Assembly: GCA_038087875.1 (NCBI GenBank)
Contig: CM075984.1
Coordinates: 14,074,001 to 14,138,000, forward strand
Direction of reading: 5' to 3'
Source of the DNA: Malacoraja senta
Taxonomy: Eukaryota
Length of the DNA: 64,000 nt
The notes below the pieces were generated by a model. It ran no database searches. It was not told where the DNA came from and saw only the letters and a list, made by a program, of their open reading frames with translations. This document shows positions 63,581-64,000 of this stretch, one piece after another. Made by a program: the position numbers and the translations under genes. How positions within the stretch are numbered: position 1 is the first letter of the stretch; each line of letters begins with the position of its first letter.

Positions 63581-64000
63581 GACTTCCGGTGGCGTCATGT
63601 TGGACTAACAGACGTGCACCTAGCTCCACTCCCGAAAAACTTCACGATTTATCGTGTAAAACGGATCCAGAAATCGGGATTGTTTTTAAAAACCTTACCG
63701 GAGCTTCTGGTTACCGCGCTGATGACGTCATCGTTAAACGCGATGTTTTAAACGGTGGTTTGAAGCCCTTTAAATGAGTAAATTGCCTCCAGCTGTGAGC
63801 CCTCAGAGAGCAGTGAATAAGCTGCTGAAAAAGTCTGAAGCAGAAGTTACCTCTGAAGTCTCTGAAGTGGCTGCAGAAATGGATACAAGATCTAAGAAAG
63901 ACTTTGATGACTTGAAGAAATCAATGAAAAATTTGAAAGATGAGATTTCGGATAATAGGGTGGAAGATAAGAAGGAAATGAAGGAAAATACGGCAAAAAT
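63581..64000 (+). mobile_element. 5' end of a probable L1-clade LINE: CpG-rich 5' UTR and ORF1 start (ATG 63774, open to the window end)
   Basis: Abrupt start at GACTTCCGGT, CpG-rich ~190 nt, then MSKLPP...MDTRSKKDFDDLKKSMKNLKDEISD (coiled-coil-like). No diagnostic domain within the window. Confidence 0.6.

Overview
Eukaryotic, vertebrate DNA. The repeats (HE1-type V-SINEs, CR1 with (CATAGAAA)n tails, Penelope/Poseidon, Rex1, L1/Tx1) suggest a cartilaginous fish, probably a skate or ray (inference). Two host genes converge tail to tail: the last four coding exons of AGFG1 (+; NPF-repeat C-terminus, stop 25677-25679) and a complete five-coding-exon, ~489-aa SLC19A3-like thiamine-transporter gene (-; 52564 to 43072). 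The transporter gene has a GC-AG intron and substitutions at several substrate-pocket residues. The last AGFG1 intron holds a young, internally deleted 6.2-kb endogenous retrovirus (541-bp LTRs, 5-bp TSD, tRNA-Pro PBS, PABLB-type env remnant). This provirus carries a CR1 fragment with extreme strand-biased base loss. A ~14.4-kb block (18031-32402) is repeated almost identically (32603-46969) across a 200-N gap, most likely a false haplotypic duplication. The most unusual signals are: about a dozen Penelope-derived ~100-bp units carrying minimal hammerhead-ribozyme cores (one with a clean 14-bp TSD, some head-to-head), a perfect 105-bp-arm fold-back palindrome inside an old LINE, and an intronic relic of a second SLC19A3 exon. 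Repeat boundaries are read by eye and approximate. Exon boundaries were checked against splice signals and reading frame.
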